Shown in pieces: positions 1 through 9,976 of a stretch of 64,000 bases of DNA. Origin of the DNA: Gammaproteobacteria bacterium (GTDB taxonomy: Bacteria > Pseudomonadota > Gammaproteobacteria > Steroidobacterales > JABDKV01). The position numbers were made by a program, and so were the translations under genes. How positions within the stretch are numbered: position 1 is the stretch's first letter; the number at the start of each line of letters is the position of its first letter. Under the pieces are notes generated by a model. That model searched no databases, was not told the DNA's origin, and worked only from the letters and a program-made list of their open reading frames with translations. The stretch spans positions 6,635 to 70,634 of the forward strand of contig JABDJB010000094.1 of assembly GCA_013003425.1 (NCBI GenBank), in the 5' to 3' direction.

Positions 1-815
1 TCGGTGGTCCAGTCCAGTCCCAGCGCAGCGGCACCGGTTTCAGCCATCGACTCGAGCCATGCACCGCCGTTTTTGGTGAACAGCACGACCGGTACGTCAT
101 TACCGGACAGTTCATCAACGATGGACTGCATGTAACGCAGGGAGAATTCGCGGTACCCGGCCGGCGTCAGTGTGCCGCCCCAGGTGTCGAATACCATCAG
201 GGCATCGGCGCCGGCCTCGACTTGCGCGGCAAGATACTTCGCGGTCGCTTTTGCCAGCAGCTCGAGCAGCTCGTGCAGGGCGGCCGGTTCGGCATAAAGC
301 ATGCCGCGGATGTGCGAAAAAGTCTTGCTGGCGCCGCCTTCGACCATGTAGGTAGCTACGGTCCACGGGCTACCGGCAAAACCGATCAACGGCAGCCGAT
401 TGCCCAGTTCGGCACGCACTGTGGCAACCGCGTCCATCACGTAGCGCAGGTCGCTGCCGGGGTCGGGCACGTGCAGTGTTCGCACATCACGCAGCGAACG
501 CACGGGTTTTTCGAACTGCGGGCCCTCACCACTGGCGAAATACAGGCCACGGCCCATCGCATCGGGGATGGTGAGGATATCGGAGAACACGATTGCGGCA
601 TCGAGCTGTGGAAAGCGGCGCAGTGGCTGCATGGTGACTTCGCAGGCCAGTTCCGGTGTTTTGCACAGCGTGAGGAAATCGCCGGCCTGGGTACGTACCG
701 CGCGGTATTCGGGCAGGTAACGGCCAGCCTGGCGCATTATCCATACTGGCGTACGATCGACGTCTTCACGCCGAAGCGCGCGGATCAGGCGATCGTTTTC
801 CAGTCGTCTGCTCAT
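1..815 (-). CDS. hemE: Uroporphyrinogen decarboxylase (3' end runs off window)
   Basis: Manual translation of minus strand from ATG at 815: [38 protein letters not shown]..., later [12 protein letters not shown] and [19 protein letters not shown] (UroD signatures). Absent from ORF track because no stop lies in the window. Start overlaps pyrF stop (ATGA). Confidence 0.95.
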   Translation of the reverse strand, partial: MSRRLENDRLIRALRREDVDRTPVWIMRQAGRYLPEYRAVRTQAGDFLTLCKTPELACEVTMQPLRRFPQLDAAIVFSDILTIPDAMGRGLYFASGEGPQFEKPVRSLRDVRTLHVPDPGSDLRYVMDAVATVRAELGNRLPLIGFAGSPWTVATYMVEGGASKTFSHIRGMLYAEPAALHELLELLAKATAKYLAAQVEAGADALMVFDTWGGTLTPAGYREFSLRYMQSIVDELSGNDVPVVLFTKNGGAWLESMAETGAAALGLDWTT

Positions 816-1531
816 GAAAATGTCTCCGCAATGGTCTGCTGGATTGCCGCGGCGGCCGCTGCCGGGTCTTTGGCGTCGCGTACAGGCCGGCCCATAACAA
901 TGTAATCGGCGCCGTTACGAAACGCCCGGGCGACATCGACGACGCGCTTCTGGTCGTCGGTCGGGCGGTTTTCCACGGGGCGAATGCCAGGAGTCACCAC
1001 CATCAGCTCGTGATTTACGTTTTCGCGCAGGGCCGGCGCTTCCAGCCCGGAGGAAATTACCCCGTCACAGCCGGCCTGCAGCGCGCGCCGTGCGCGTGAC
1101 AGCACCAGCTGCTCGACATCGCAGTCGAAGCCGAGGTCGTCGAGGTCACCACGATCGAGGCTGGTCAGCACCGTTACGCCGAGAATTTTCATGGCGCCCT
1201 TCTCGGCGCCGGCCGCCTCCATGATCGCCTGGTTGCCATGGACCGTCAGGAAGTGCGCGCCGCGGTTGCGCAGCCCGCGTACCGCTGCAGCCACCGTGGC
1301 GGGTACATCAAACAGCTTGAGATCCGCGAACACTTTCTTGTCGCGCGCCAGCAACCAGTCCATTACCTCGAAGTAGTCGCCGGACGTCATCAGTTCCAGC
1401 CCGATCTTGTAAAAGCTGACGCTGTCGCCCAGCGCTATCGCCAGCTCCTTGGCGGCACCGGCATCGGGCACGTCGAGCGCAAAAATCAGACGCTCGTGCA
1501 CCGGTATATCTTTGTGTAGAAAGTCATTCAT
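812..1531 (-). CDS. pyrF: Orotidine-5'-phosphate decarboxylase
   Basis: [19 protein letters not shown] (DxKxxD), [17 protein letters not shown] motifs. Confidence 0.96.
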   Translation of the reverse strand: MNDFLHKDIPVHERLIFALDVPDAGAAKELAIALGDSVSFYKIGLELMTSGDYFEVMDWLLARDKKVFADLKLFDVPATVAAAVRGLRNRGAHFLTVHGNQAIMEAAGAEKGAMKILGVTVLTSLDRGDLDDLGFDCDVEQLVLSRARRALQAGCDGVISSGLEAPALRENVNHELMVVTPGIRPVENRPTDDQKRVVDVARAFRNGADYIVMGRPVRDAKDPAAAAAAIQQTIAETFS

Positions 1532-1534
1532 CGT

Positions 1535-1719
1535 ATAGGGGTCAGACCGAGATTCTTTGTGACATTTGTGCCTGCAGTTGCCGGCTGACCCATTGTAGCG
1601 GTTCGAATGTCACAAAGAATCTCGGTCTGACACCTATTTCACTATTTCACGTCCGCCGTGGCGGTCCAGTTTATTGTAGCGGTTCAAATCACACAAAGAA
1701 TCCGGTCAGACCCCTATTT
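1535..1719. repeat. Three-copy GGGGTCAGA/TCTGACCCC-type palindromic intergenic element (REP/MITE-like)
   Basis: 1535-1566 and 1606-1637 are a 32-bp inverted repeat with one mismatch; 1592-1639 and 1673-1719 are an imperfect ~47-bp direct repeat. Confidence 0.8.
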
Positions 1720-2868
1720 AAACAGGCGGGTGTGGACGCCAATAGCGTAGCGGTCGGTCATGCCTGCGATGTAGTCAGCCACGACTCGGGCGCGGGCGCT
1801 GTCCGATACGGCGTTGCTGGCGCTGGCAGCGTGTTCGCGCGGCAGCAGGCCAGGGTTGCCGAAAAAAGCATCGAAAAGCGCATGAATAATACCGCGTGCT
1901 TTTTCGGTCATCTGCAGCACTTCATGGTGACGATAGAGCTCGTCGCGCAGAAAGGCTTTTAGGTCCAGGTGCCTGCCGCGGACGGCGTCGCTGAAGCCGA
2001 TCAGCGTTGTGCCGTGGCCCCGGATATCGTCAATACTCGCCGGCCCTGCCGCCTCGATGTGCTGGCGGCTGTCAAAAATCACGTCGTTGACGACCTCGGC
2101 AATCATCCGGCGCACGGTTTCATGGATCTGACGGCGGTCCTGCAGGTTGGGGTGCAGTTCGCGCACCGTATCGTTGTGGTCGCAAAACAGCGGCACAGCG
2201 CGCAGCTGTTCCACGGTCAGCAGGCCGGAGCGCAGCCCGTCATCGACGTCGTGGTTGTTGTAGGCGATTTCATCAGCGATGTTGGCAAGCTGTGCTTCCA
2301 GCGACGGCTGGGTGCGCTCGAGAAAGCGCCGGCCAAGTTCGCCCAGCTCGCGGGCGTTGCGCGCGGAGCAGTGCTTGAGGATCCCCTCGCGCGCCTCGAA
2401 GGTGAGATTGAGCCCGGGAAAGTCGGCGTATTTTTCTTCCAGCTCGTCGACCACTCGCAGCGACTGCAGATTGTGCTCAAAGCCACCGTGGTCGCCCATA
2501 CATTTGTTCAATGCCTCCTGGCCGGCATGGCCAAACGGCGTGTGGCCAAGATCGTGTGCCAGGCAAATAGTCTCGGTCAGATCTTCGTTGAGGCGCAGCG
2601 CACGGGCGATACTGCGCCCGATCTGGCTTACTTCAAGCGAGTGCGTCAACCGTGTCCGGTACAGGTCACCCTCGTGATTAACAAATACCTGTGTCTTGTA
2701 CTCCAGCCGGCGAAACGCTGTCGAGTGCACGATACGGTCACGGTCACGCTGGAACGGGCTGCGCGTGTGCGCTGCCGTCTCGTCGTAGCGCCGCCCGAGC
2801 GAGTTGGCCTCGGTCACGGCGAAAACTGCCGGGCCGCTGGCCGGGTTCCAGTCGAATTCCGTGCTCAC
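1714..2868 (-). CDS. dgt: Deoxyguanosinetriphosphate triphosphohydrolase (HD family)
   Basis: [71 protein letters not shown]. Confidence 0.93.
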   Translation of the reverse strand: MSTEFDWNPASGPAVFAVTEANSLGRRYDETAAHTRSPFQRDRDRIVHSTAFRRLEYKTQVFVNHEGDLYRTRLTHSLEVSQIGRSIARALRLNEDLTETICLAHDLGHTPFGHAGQEALNKCMGDHGGFEHNLQSLRVVDELEEKYADFPGLNLTFEAREGILKHCSARNARELGELGRRFLERTQPSLEAQLANIADEIAYNNHDVDDGLRSGLLTVEQLRAVPLFCDHNDTVRELHPNLQDRRQIHETVRRMIAEVVNDVIFDSRQHIEAAGPASIDDIRGHGTTLIGFSDAVRGRHLDLKAFLRDELYRHHEVLQMTEKARGIIHALFDAFFGNPGLLPREHAASASNAVSDSARARVVADYIAGMTDRYAIGVHTRLFK

Positions 2869-3935
2869 AGGTGGGCCCCGCGCAGCACTTCGTCGAGCTT
2901 GTCGTGGTCCACCGCGCTGTGCAGATGGGCATTACCGATGTCTTTCAGCAGGACGAAACGCAGCTTGCCGGCAGCGGATTTCTTGTCCATCCGCATCCAG
3001 CCGCGCCAGTGTTCCGGATCCATCTGCGGTGCCGCCACCGGCAGTCCGGCTTTTGCTACCAGCGCGCGGGTACGTTCGACCGTCTCGTATTCCACCTGGC
3101 CAAGCTGGTACGACAGTTTCGCCGCCAGCACCAGGCCGACAGCCACGGCTTCGCCGTGCAGCCAGGAAAATGCCGTATCGCACTCTATGGCGTGGGCGAA
3201 TGTATGGCCGAGGTTCAGCAAAGCGCGAGGACCCTGTTCGCGCTCGTCGCGGGAGACGATGTCGGATTTTATTTCGCAGCAGCGCGTTATTGCGTGGCTG
3301 AGCGCCGCCGGCTGCTGCGCCAGCAGGTCGTCCATGTGCTGCTCCAGCCAGGAGAAGAATTCTGCATCTGCAATCAACGCATGCTTGATTACTTCGGCCA
3401 GTCCGGAGCGAAACTGACGCTGGTCCAGGCTGCGCAGCGACTGAGTGTCGCTGATTACGCAGCGCGGCTGGTGAAAAGCGCCAATCAGGTTTTTCCCACG
3501 CTCGTGGTTAACCGCAGTCTTGCCACCTACGGACGCATCGACCTGGGCCAGCAGGGTTGTCGGCACCTGGATGAAATTCACACCGCGCAGGTATATCGCT
3601 GCCGCCAGCCCGGTCATGTCGCCGATTACCCCGCCACCCAGTGCGATCAATGTGGCATCACGGCCACAGGCGCACAGCGTGAGCGTGTCGATAATATGCA
3701 TCACCGCGTCCATGCTTTTGTGCGCTTCGCCGTCGGGCAGCACAACAGCGTCGGTGAGGTGGTCGCCGATAGTTGTCTGCAGCGCGGTGAGGTAAAGCGG
3801 CGCGACCCGCGAGTCGGTCACCACCACGTTGGTTGGGCCGAGAAATGGAACGAACAGGTCGCGGCTGGTGAGAACATCAGCCCCGATGTGGATCGGATAG
3901 GACTGCTCACCCAGGTTGACAGTTAATGAGTGCAT
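2865..3935 (-). CDS. aroB: 3-dehydroquinate synthase
   Basis: [57 protein letters not shown]. Confidence 0.97.
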   Translation of the reverse strand: MHSLTVNLGEQSYPIHIGADVLTSRDLFVPFLGPTNVVVTDSRVAPLYLTALQTTIGDHLTDAVVLPDGEAHKSMDAVMHIIDTLTLCACGRDATLIALGGGVIGDMTGLAAAIYLRGVNFIQVPTTLLAQVDASVGGKTAVNHERGKNLIGAFHQPRCVISDTQSLRSLDQRQFRSGLAEVIKHALIADAEFFSWLEQHMDDLLAQQPAALSHAITRCCEIKSDIVSRDEREQGPRALLNLGHTFAHAIECDTAFSWLHGEAVAVGLVLAAKLSYQLGQVEYETVERTRALVAKAGLPVAAPQMDPEHWRGWMRMDKKSAAGKLRFVLLKDIGNAHLHSAVDHDKLDEVLRGAHL

Positions 3936-3955
3936 TGCCGAAACGAGTTTACCGA

Positions 3956-4017
3956 AAGGGGTCAGGTCTTCCCATTATTCATTTTTCGGAATGAGCAAAG
4001 GGAAGACAGGAACCCTT
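3956..4017. repeat. Imperfect inverted repeat between aroK and aroB, related to the 1535-1719 element
   Basis: AAGGGGTCAGGTCTTCCC (3956-3973) pairs 15/18 with GGGAAGACAGGAACCCTT (4000-4017), with an inner ATTCATT/GAATGAG hairpin. Confidence 0.55.
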
Positions 4018-4028
4018 GGGCCTGCCCC

Positions 4029-4547
4029 CTATGGGCCTGATAAATGACGGTGAATTTCGCGGGCAACGGACTTGACGTAGCGGCGGTCGGTGCAAATCTG
4101 CAGGTGCGCGAGTTCCTCGTAAAGCGGCCCGCGAATTTCCATCAGTTCCTCCAGCCGCGCACGCGGGTCGTCGTCGTGCAGCAATGGGCGGTTTTTGCTG
4201 CTCCGGGTCCGCTCGTACTGCTGGTCCAGCGAGGTCTTGAGGTAGACCAGATAGCCACGCTGGCGCAGGACCTGGCGATTGGGCTCGGCCAGTACGGCAC
4301 CGCCACCGGTTGCAACAACTACGTTTTCGCGCCGGGTCAGTTCATCGAGGGCGGTGGTCTCGCGGTGACGAAAGCCGGCTTCGCCTTCCTTGTCAAAGAT
4401 CAGCGGTATGTCTACACCGGTGCGCTGCTCGATGTAGTGGTCGACATCGACGAATTCATAGTCGAGCAGGCCTGCCAGGCGGCGGCCAACCGCGGTCTTG
4501 CCGGCGCCGGGCGGACCAATCAGGAAAATGCGTTGTGGAGCAGTCAT
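4029..4547 (-). CDS. aroK: Shikimate kinase
   Basis: P-loop GPPGAGKT, EGEAGFR, ATGGG, RPLL, RGPLYEE. Confidence 0.96.
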   Translation of the reverse strand: MTAPQRIFLIGPPGAGKTAVGRRLAGLLDYEFVDVDHYIEQRTGVDIPLIFDKEGEAGFRHRETTALDELTRRENVVVATGGGAVLAEPNRQVLRQRGYLVYLKTSLDQQYERTRSSKNRPLLHDDDPRARLEELMEIRGPLYEELAHLQICTDRRYVKSVAREIHRHLSGP

Positions 4548-4628
4548 CGTAGAGACAGTTTAACGGGATTAATGCACTGGCCGCGGTTTTTCGACACCCG
4601 AAGTTTAAAGCTGTGTTCTGTCCGGAAC

Positions 4629-4661
4629 AAAAAAGGCCAGACTCTGCTGAGCCTGGCCTTT
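4629..4661 (-). terminator. Intrinsic terminator closing the pilMNOPQ-Ig gene unit
   Basis: GGCCAG/CTGGCC stem followed by T6 on the minus strand (A-run 4629-4634), about 20 bp after the Ig-gene stop. Confidence 0.7.
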
Positions 4662-4682
4662 CACTGATCAATTCAGTGAGCG

Positions 4683-6596
4683 CTAGAAATCCTGAGCGCA
4701 GTTGTCCGCGTAGCCCCACGGGCTGGCCCGGAAAATGCTCGTGTCGAACGGCGACGGAAGTATGGGATCAGGCGGCTTCAGCAGGCCGGGCGGCGCCACG
4801 TCCGGCTGTACGTCGTCCGCGGTAACGTCGAGAACGAAGGTTAGATCCTCGGCGTTCTCGCTGCCGCCAACGCTGACCTGAGCGCGCAATTGGACCTCGG
4901 TCCAGGCGCCGTAGATCTTGGCGTAACGCAGCGTTGCCAGGAACTTGCCCTCGGCATCGGTCACCTGGTCGCCGCCGACCACTTCGACCACGTTGCCGGC
5001 CTCAATAGTTTCATTGTTGTTTTCGTCGATTTCGTCGGGATCGAGCAGGCCGTTGCCGTTCAGATCCTCATCGTCGCAGGTTGCCCTGACCAGCGGAGCC
5101 CAGGGCTCGGCGGGAGCCGGTTGTACCCAAATGCCTTTGGAGTATCGCACCGAGCGAATATCCAGCTGTACGTTGGCGTCCGGTACACCATTACCCTCTG
5201 AGTCGGTCACGATCACAAGATAAGGGACCTCATACGCAGTGGTATCGGTTGACTCGGCCAGTTCGTTACCGGTTCCGATGGCAACGAAAAGCTCGCGTCG
5301 CGCAACGGTGATATTGATGGCGTCTGATATCGATGGATCGGACTCAATAAATGCCGATACCGTCACGCCCTGTGCGCCACTTAGCACGTCGCTGGCCGTG
5401 TAGAAGGTCTGTGCGCGGCCCTGGCTGTCGGTGTCTGCCGAACCAACTGACAGCTCGCCGCCCGTGATATCCAGCAGCGTGAAAGCGACGGTGGCGTTCT
5501 TCACCCGGTTGTTGTCCACGTCGCGTACCGTCGCAGTGACGGTAGCCTGATTGTTTGGCGCGATGGTAAACGGGTCGGCCTGAACTTCGATCGTCGCAGG
5601 TGTGGTCGCTATGAATTCGATCGGCAGCTGGGTGGTGGGTCCACCGTCGGCATCTGCAGTAATAACTGCCGGACCAGCGTTGTTCGCGAGCACCCGGATA
5701 GTCGCCGAACCGTCGGCGAGCGTTGTGATAATTGGCGGTCCGGCCAGCGGCACACCGCCGGCATCAACGAAAATACCGCGGGTGGTTGCGAAGCTGACGC
5801 TTTCGCCTGCCTGCGGCACACCGTTTTTCAGCCATATCACGGTGACAACGCGGATAGAGTTGAGCACGATTTCCGCATTGTTCGCCGGGGTACTGAAAGC
5901 GAAGCTGTCGTCAGAAACCGTCAGCACACGACTGGCCGAGAGCCCCAGGCCTGTGGCGGTAAGGGTGTCCTGGCCGCCATTGGAGGCAGTCACATCAACC
6001 TGCGCCTGACCGGAAACATCCGTGGTCAAAGTTGTGGCTGCGAGAGTATTGCCGTTGGACGAGCTGATACTGATCGTTTCGCCCGGTATACCCGAACCGG
6101 CGCCGTCGACCAGCACGATCGTGTAGGTTGCGGTATCGCCCTGCACCAGGCTGTCCGGACCGGAAATACTCAGCTGCGAACCGGCAACTGCCACGGAAAC
6201 CGCACCTGCCAGAGTGCCGGCGGTGGCGGTAACTGTAATGTCACGGTTGGTGGGGTCACCGGCGGTGGTCAGCGAAGCGGAAGCAACACCAGTGGTGTCT
6301 GTGACGGACTGGTTTACAACGATGCCGCCGGAGGTCGCCGAAAATGCTACGTCGACACCCTCGACAAAGTTGTTGTTGCTGTCCTTGACGAACACGGTAA
6401 TCGTCGCCGGGATACCGCCGTCCGACGGGATCTGCGGGTTGTTGGTGATTACCTCAACGCTGGAGATAACGGGGCCGCCACCCGGCGTTCCCGGTGGGGG
6501 CGTGTTTATCCCGCTACCGGTGAGACTGTCGTCATCGCCGCCGCAACTGGCGAGCGCAATCGCCGTCAGGCACAGGGCAGTGATCAGTTTTCGCAT
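4683..6596 (-). CDS. Lipoprotein with ~5 tandem bacterial Ig-like (Big_1/invasin-type) domains
   Basis: Lipobox IALASC, Gly/Pro linker, repeated ATITVxVxDxxxNxVxGxxVxF...TDxxGxA units, D-rich loop near C-terminus; SD GAGGA upstream. Confidence 0.8.
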   Translation of the reverse strand: MRKLITALCLTAIALASCGGDDDSLTGSGINTPPPGTPGGGPVISSVEVITNNPQIPSDGGIPATITVFVKDSNNNFVEGVDVAFSATSGGIVVNQSVTDTTGVASASLTTAGDPTNRDITVTATAGTLAGAVSVAVAGSQLSISGPDSLVQGDTATYTIVLVDGAGSGIPGETISISSSNGNTLAATTLTTDVSGQAQVDVTASNGGQDTLTATGLGLSASRVLTVSDDSFAFSTPANNAEIVLNSIRVVTVIWLKNGVPQAGESVSFATTRGIFVDAGGVPLAGPPIITTLADGSATIRVLANNAGPAVITADADGGPTTQLPIEFIATTPATIEVQADPFTIAPNNQATVTATVRDVDNNRVKNATVAFTLLDITGGELSVGSADTDSQGRAQTFYTASDVLSGAQGVTVSAFIESDPSISDAINITVARRELFVAIGTGNELAESTDTTAYEVPYLVIVTDSEGNGVPDANVQLDIRSVRYSKGIWVQPAPAEPWAPLVRATCDDEDLNGNGLLDPDEIDENNNETIEAGNVVEVVGGDQVTDAEGKFLATLRYAKIYGAWTEVQLRAQVSVGGSENAEDLTFVLDVTADDVQPDVAPPGLLKPPDPILPSPFDTSIFRASPWGYADNCAQDF

Positions 6597-6635
6597 TTGT
6601 ACAATCCTCTGCTGGGACGCCGCCGGGCGTCTCGA

Positions 6636-8837
6636 TTAGTTGAGATTCGCGCCGTCCTTCAAGATACGCGGAGTGACAAAAATCAGCAGCTCCGCTTTGT
6701 TGTTGATCCGCTGTGTCTGGCGGAACAGGTTACCGACCACCGGGATATCGCCCAGCACCGGCACCTTGGTATTGGTTTCGCGTATTTCGGTTTCATAGAT
6801 ACCGCCGAGCACGACAGTTTCGCCATCATCCACCAGGACCTGGGTGACTACTTCGCGAGTATCGATACTTGGCACAAGACCGCCGTTAGCGCTTGGCACG
6901 ACTTCACCAACGTTGTCCTTGCTAACCTGCAGGTCCATGATGATGCGGTCGTCCGGCGTGATCAGCGGTGTTACCACCAGCTGCAGCACGGCCTCTTTGA
7001 ACTGTGTGGCCGTGGCGCCGCTGGCCGAGGCCTCCTGAAATGGAATCTCCACACCCTGTTTGATGCGTGCTTCCTGCTGGTTGGCCGTGATGACCCGCGG
7101 TGTCGAGACGATTTCGCCACGGCCTTCCGACTGCAGCGCCGACAGCTCGAGGTCGAGCAGGTAGTCGGAATCGAGGATCGCCAGCGCCACGCTGCCCACC
7201 GGTGAGCCGCTTGGCGCGTTGATGTTAAAGCGGTCATCAATGTTGGGCAGTGTTACCGGGAAGGGTGAGCCGGTTGTCGTCAGGTTATCGACTGCCGAGC
7301 TGACAATGACGTCGGAGCCGGCCGACGAGCCGGTGACAGAAATCAGCCCGTCCGAGCTGTTGTCGGAAATGCCTGTGTAACCCATGCGCACGCCCAGCTC
7401 GCGGCTGAAGTCGTCGTTGACCACGACGATGCGTGACTCAATCAGAACCTGGCGTACCGGAACGTCCAGCGTCTGCACCAGGCGGCGAATTTCTGCCAGC
7501 TTGTCTGCGGTGTCCTGCACCAGCAAGGTATTGGTGCGCTCGTCGATGGCGACGCTGCCACGCTCTGACAGCAGCGACTGCGTGTCAGCCGTGGACTGGA
7601 TCAGGGTCGCCAGTTCAGATGCCTTGGCGTAGTTTACCTGGATGAACTCGGATCGCAGCGGGGCGAGCTCTTCAAACTGCTTGAGCTTTTCCAGCTCGGC
7701 GCGTTCGCGATTGGCAAGTTCGGCTGCTGGCGCAATGATCACAACATTGTCGCGCTGACGCATGTCGAGGCCCTTGGTCTCGAGAATAATGTCGAGCGCC
7801 TGGTCCCACGGCACATTCTGCAAGCGCAGCGTGACGTTACCGGTCACCGTGTCGCTGACGACCACGTTCATGCCGCTGACATCGGCCAGCAGCTGCAGCA
7901 CCGCGCGGGTGTCGATGTCCTGGAAATTAAGCGTCAGACGTTCGCCTTCGTAGTCCTTGTTTTGCTGCTCTTCGAAGAGGTCCGCCGCAGTAGGTATATA
8001 GGGTTTCAGCTCGACGGTGAACAGGTTGTCGGACTGGTATGCAACCTGCTCGTAGGCGCCACTGGCTGCGACCACCAGGCGGGCATTGCTGTCGGCCTGA
8101 CGTGCATCGACGGTGCTTACCGGAGTTGCGAAATCCAGCACATCCATCCGGCGCCGGAATTCGGCCGGCAACCGCGTGTTCTTGAAGTCGACGATGACGG
8201 TGTTGCCCTGCTCACGCAGATCAACCACCGTGCGCGGATCGCTCAGCGTCACGATGACGCGACCCGAGCCGTCATTCCCGCGGCGGAAATCGACCGCCTG
8301 GATGCTGCGTTCGCCCGGTAACGTGGGCGTGCTGGCCATGCTGGTTGTCGTGGACGTTCCGGGGCCAAAGGCTGGCGCCGCTTCGGCGTACTGCGGCGCA
8401 GTTGCCAGCGTCACGAAAATGGAATTCCCTTCGACACGCGTCTCGTACGGCACCAGCGAATCAAGGTTCAGTACGATGCGCGTACGGCCACTGGCCTCGG
8501 CAGCCAGGATGGTACGCAGCGAACCGATGTCGACGTCCTTGCGCCGGCTGGGCAATGCCAGGCCGGTGTCTGGCAGATCCAGCGAGATACGCGCGGGGCG
8601 GTCGATGGTAAAGCTCAGGGGTTCTGGTGCCGGGCCGCTGAGGCGCAGCTGCAGCTGCAGCTGCTGGCCGGGCAGCGTCTGTACGTCGATTTCCTGCAGC
8701 ATATTGCCAGGCGCATCAGCCGACCAGGCAGTAGCCATGAATAAGCTCAACAACAGGCCGGCCAGCCCCGAAAGGCGCCAGTGCCACAGCGGATCCCCCT
8801 GTTTAAATTCGCTGGGCGTATTGGTCCACGTCATCAC
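6636..8837 (-). CDS. pilQ: Type IV pilus secretin
   Basis: AMIN-like N-terminus, LTLNFQDIDTRAVLQLLA, VTLRLQNVPWDQALD, DERTNTLLV, secretin C-domain ELLIFVTPRI; follows pilP. Confidence 0.96.
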   Translation of the reverse strand: MMTWTNTPSEFKQGDPLWHWRLSGLAGLLLSLFMATAWSADAPGNMLQEIDVQTLPGQQLQLQLRLSGPAPEPLSFTIDRPARISLDLPDTGLALPSRRKDVDIGSLRTILAAEASGRTRIVLNLDSLVPYETRVEGNSIFVTLATAPQYAEAAPAFGPGTSTTTSMASTPTLPGERSIQAVDFRRGNDGSGRVIVTLSDPRTVVDLREQGNTVIVDFKNTRLPAEFRRRMDVLDFATPVSTVDARQADSNARLVVAASGAYEQVAYQSDNLFTVELKPYIPTAADLFEEQQNKDYEGERLTLNFQDIDTRAVLQLLADVSGMNVVVSDTVTGNVTLRLQNVPWDQALDIILETKGLDMRQRDNVVIIAPAAELANRERAELEKLKQFEELAPLRSEFIQVNYAKASELATLIQSTADTQSLLSERGSVAIDERTNTLLVQDTADKLAEIRRLVQTLDVPVRQVLIESRIVVVNDDFSRELGVRMGYTGISDNSSDGLISVTGSSAGSDVIVSSAVDNLTTTGSPFPVTLPNIDDRFNINAPSGSPVGSVALAILDSDYLLDLELSALQSEGRGEIVSTPRVITANQQEARIKQGVEIPFQEASASGATATQFKEAVLQLVVTPLITPDDRIIMDLQVSKDNVGEVVPSANGGLVPSIDTREVVTQVLVDDGETVVLGGIYETEIRETNTKVPVLGDIPVVGNLFRQTQRINNKAELLIFVTPRILKDGANLN

Positions 8838-8849
8838 TAGAACTCCCGG

Positions 8850-9359
8850 TTAGTCGCTAAGTGCAACGGCAGCGGGGCGCTCAATATAGCCACCCAGCCC
8901 GTCACTGATGATTTCAATGAGTTTTATTTCCGAGTCAGAGATTTCTATGACCCGTCCTTCGCTCTGTCCCATGTGGTTGCCGACGCGAACCCGATGCAGC
9001 AGGCCATCGGACGTCTTGACCAGGGCGTAGTCGCTGCCGCTCAGGTTGATCGTGCCCACCATGCGCAGCGTGTCGAGCGGGAACTGCTCGAGAAATTCGC
9101 GCGCCCTGGCCTGGTCCGGCCTGATCGAGCTGGCAGAAGTAGTTGTCGGGCGATCTTCGATCGCAGGCATGAACGGCGACCGCATGTCACTCGCCGAATA
9201 AACGAATGTCTCGTACGGCTTGATCTGCGGCAGCGGTTCGATACGGCCACCCCCGCGGGCATGCACTTCGCCGATGTACTGCTCGAGATCGGAAACATCC
9301 TTGGCGCAACCGCCCAGGGCCACCAGCGCAACGCCTGCAATAACAAATGAGCGCTTCAT
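8850..9359 (-). CDS. pilP: Type IV pilus assembly lipoprotein PilP
   Basis: Lipobox LGGC, IEPLP, RSPF, LEQFPLDTLRMVG, GNHMGQSEGRV; operon position. Confidence 0.93.
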   Translation of the reverse strand: MKRSFVIAGVALVALGGCAKDVSDLEQYIGEVHARGGGRIEPLPQIKPYETFVYSASDMRSPFMPAIEDRPTTTSASSIRPDQARAREFLEQFPLDTLRMVGTINLSGSDYALVKTSDGLLHRVRVGNHMGQSEGRVIEISDSEIKLIEIISDGLGGYIERPAAVALSD

Positions 9360-9976
9360 CGCTGTGCCCCCGCGGTGCCGCCTTCATCGTCCTCGAGATA
9401 GCGGTAGGTTTTTGCCGTCAGGTCCAGCACCAGGTCGGAGTCATTGTCGTTGCTGGTACGTTTAATTTCGATATCGTGCAGGGTCACGATGCGCGGCAGC
9501 GCCGCCACACCACTGACGAATGCCGCCAGCTCGTGAAACGAACCGCGCAGCCGGATACGAATCGGCAGCTCAGCGTAAAAATCCTGCTGCACCTCGCCGG
9601 CCGGCTGGAATAACTCCTCGTCCAGACCCGCCGCCAGACCGGTCTGCGAAATATCTACCAGCAGGCTGGGTACCTCGGTGCGGTTTGGTAGCTGGCGCAG
9701 CATGGCGCCAAACGAGCCTTCCATCTGGTTGAGCTGCTCGGTATAGGCTTCCAGGTTGACCGCTTTGCGTTGCTTGGTCTCGAACGTCGTACGCAGGGTT
9801 TGTTCTTCCTGCTGTACCCGCTCCAGTTGTGGCAGCTGGCCTTTTACGACGAAATAGTAAACACCACCGCCGACCACCAGGATGAAAAGCAGACCGATAA
9901 AAAGCGAGCGAAACAGCAGCGGCCAGCGGCCGATGTCATTGAAGTCGAGCGACTGGAGTTGTTCGAGGAAGTTCAT
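9356..9976 (-). CDS. pilO: Type IV pilus assembly protein PilO
   Basis: Single TM then coiled coil, LRQLPNRTEVPSLLVDISQTG, FYAELPI, LPRIVTLHD. Confidence 0.95.
   Translation of the reverse strand: MNFLEQLQSLDFNDIGRWPLLFRSLFIGLLFILVVGGGVYYFVVKGQLPQLERVQQEEQTLRTTFETKQRKAVNLEAYTEQLNQMEGSFGAMLRQLPNRTEVPSLLVDISQTGLAAGLDEELFQPAGEVQQDFYAELPIRIRLRGSFHELAAFVSGVAALPRIVTLHDIEIKRTSNDNDSDLVLDLTAKTYRYLEDDEGGTAGAQR

Noticed and set aside
1596-1612. GGTTCGAAT resembling a tRNA T-loop
   Set aside because: No cloverleaf, acceptor stem or CCA; it is part of the palindromic element.
1969-3926. Long + strand ORFs (482 aa, 411 aa) opposite dgt/aroB
   Set aside because: Antisense shadows typical of high-GC coding DNA, with no recognisable motifs.
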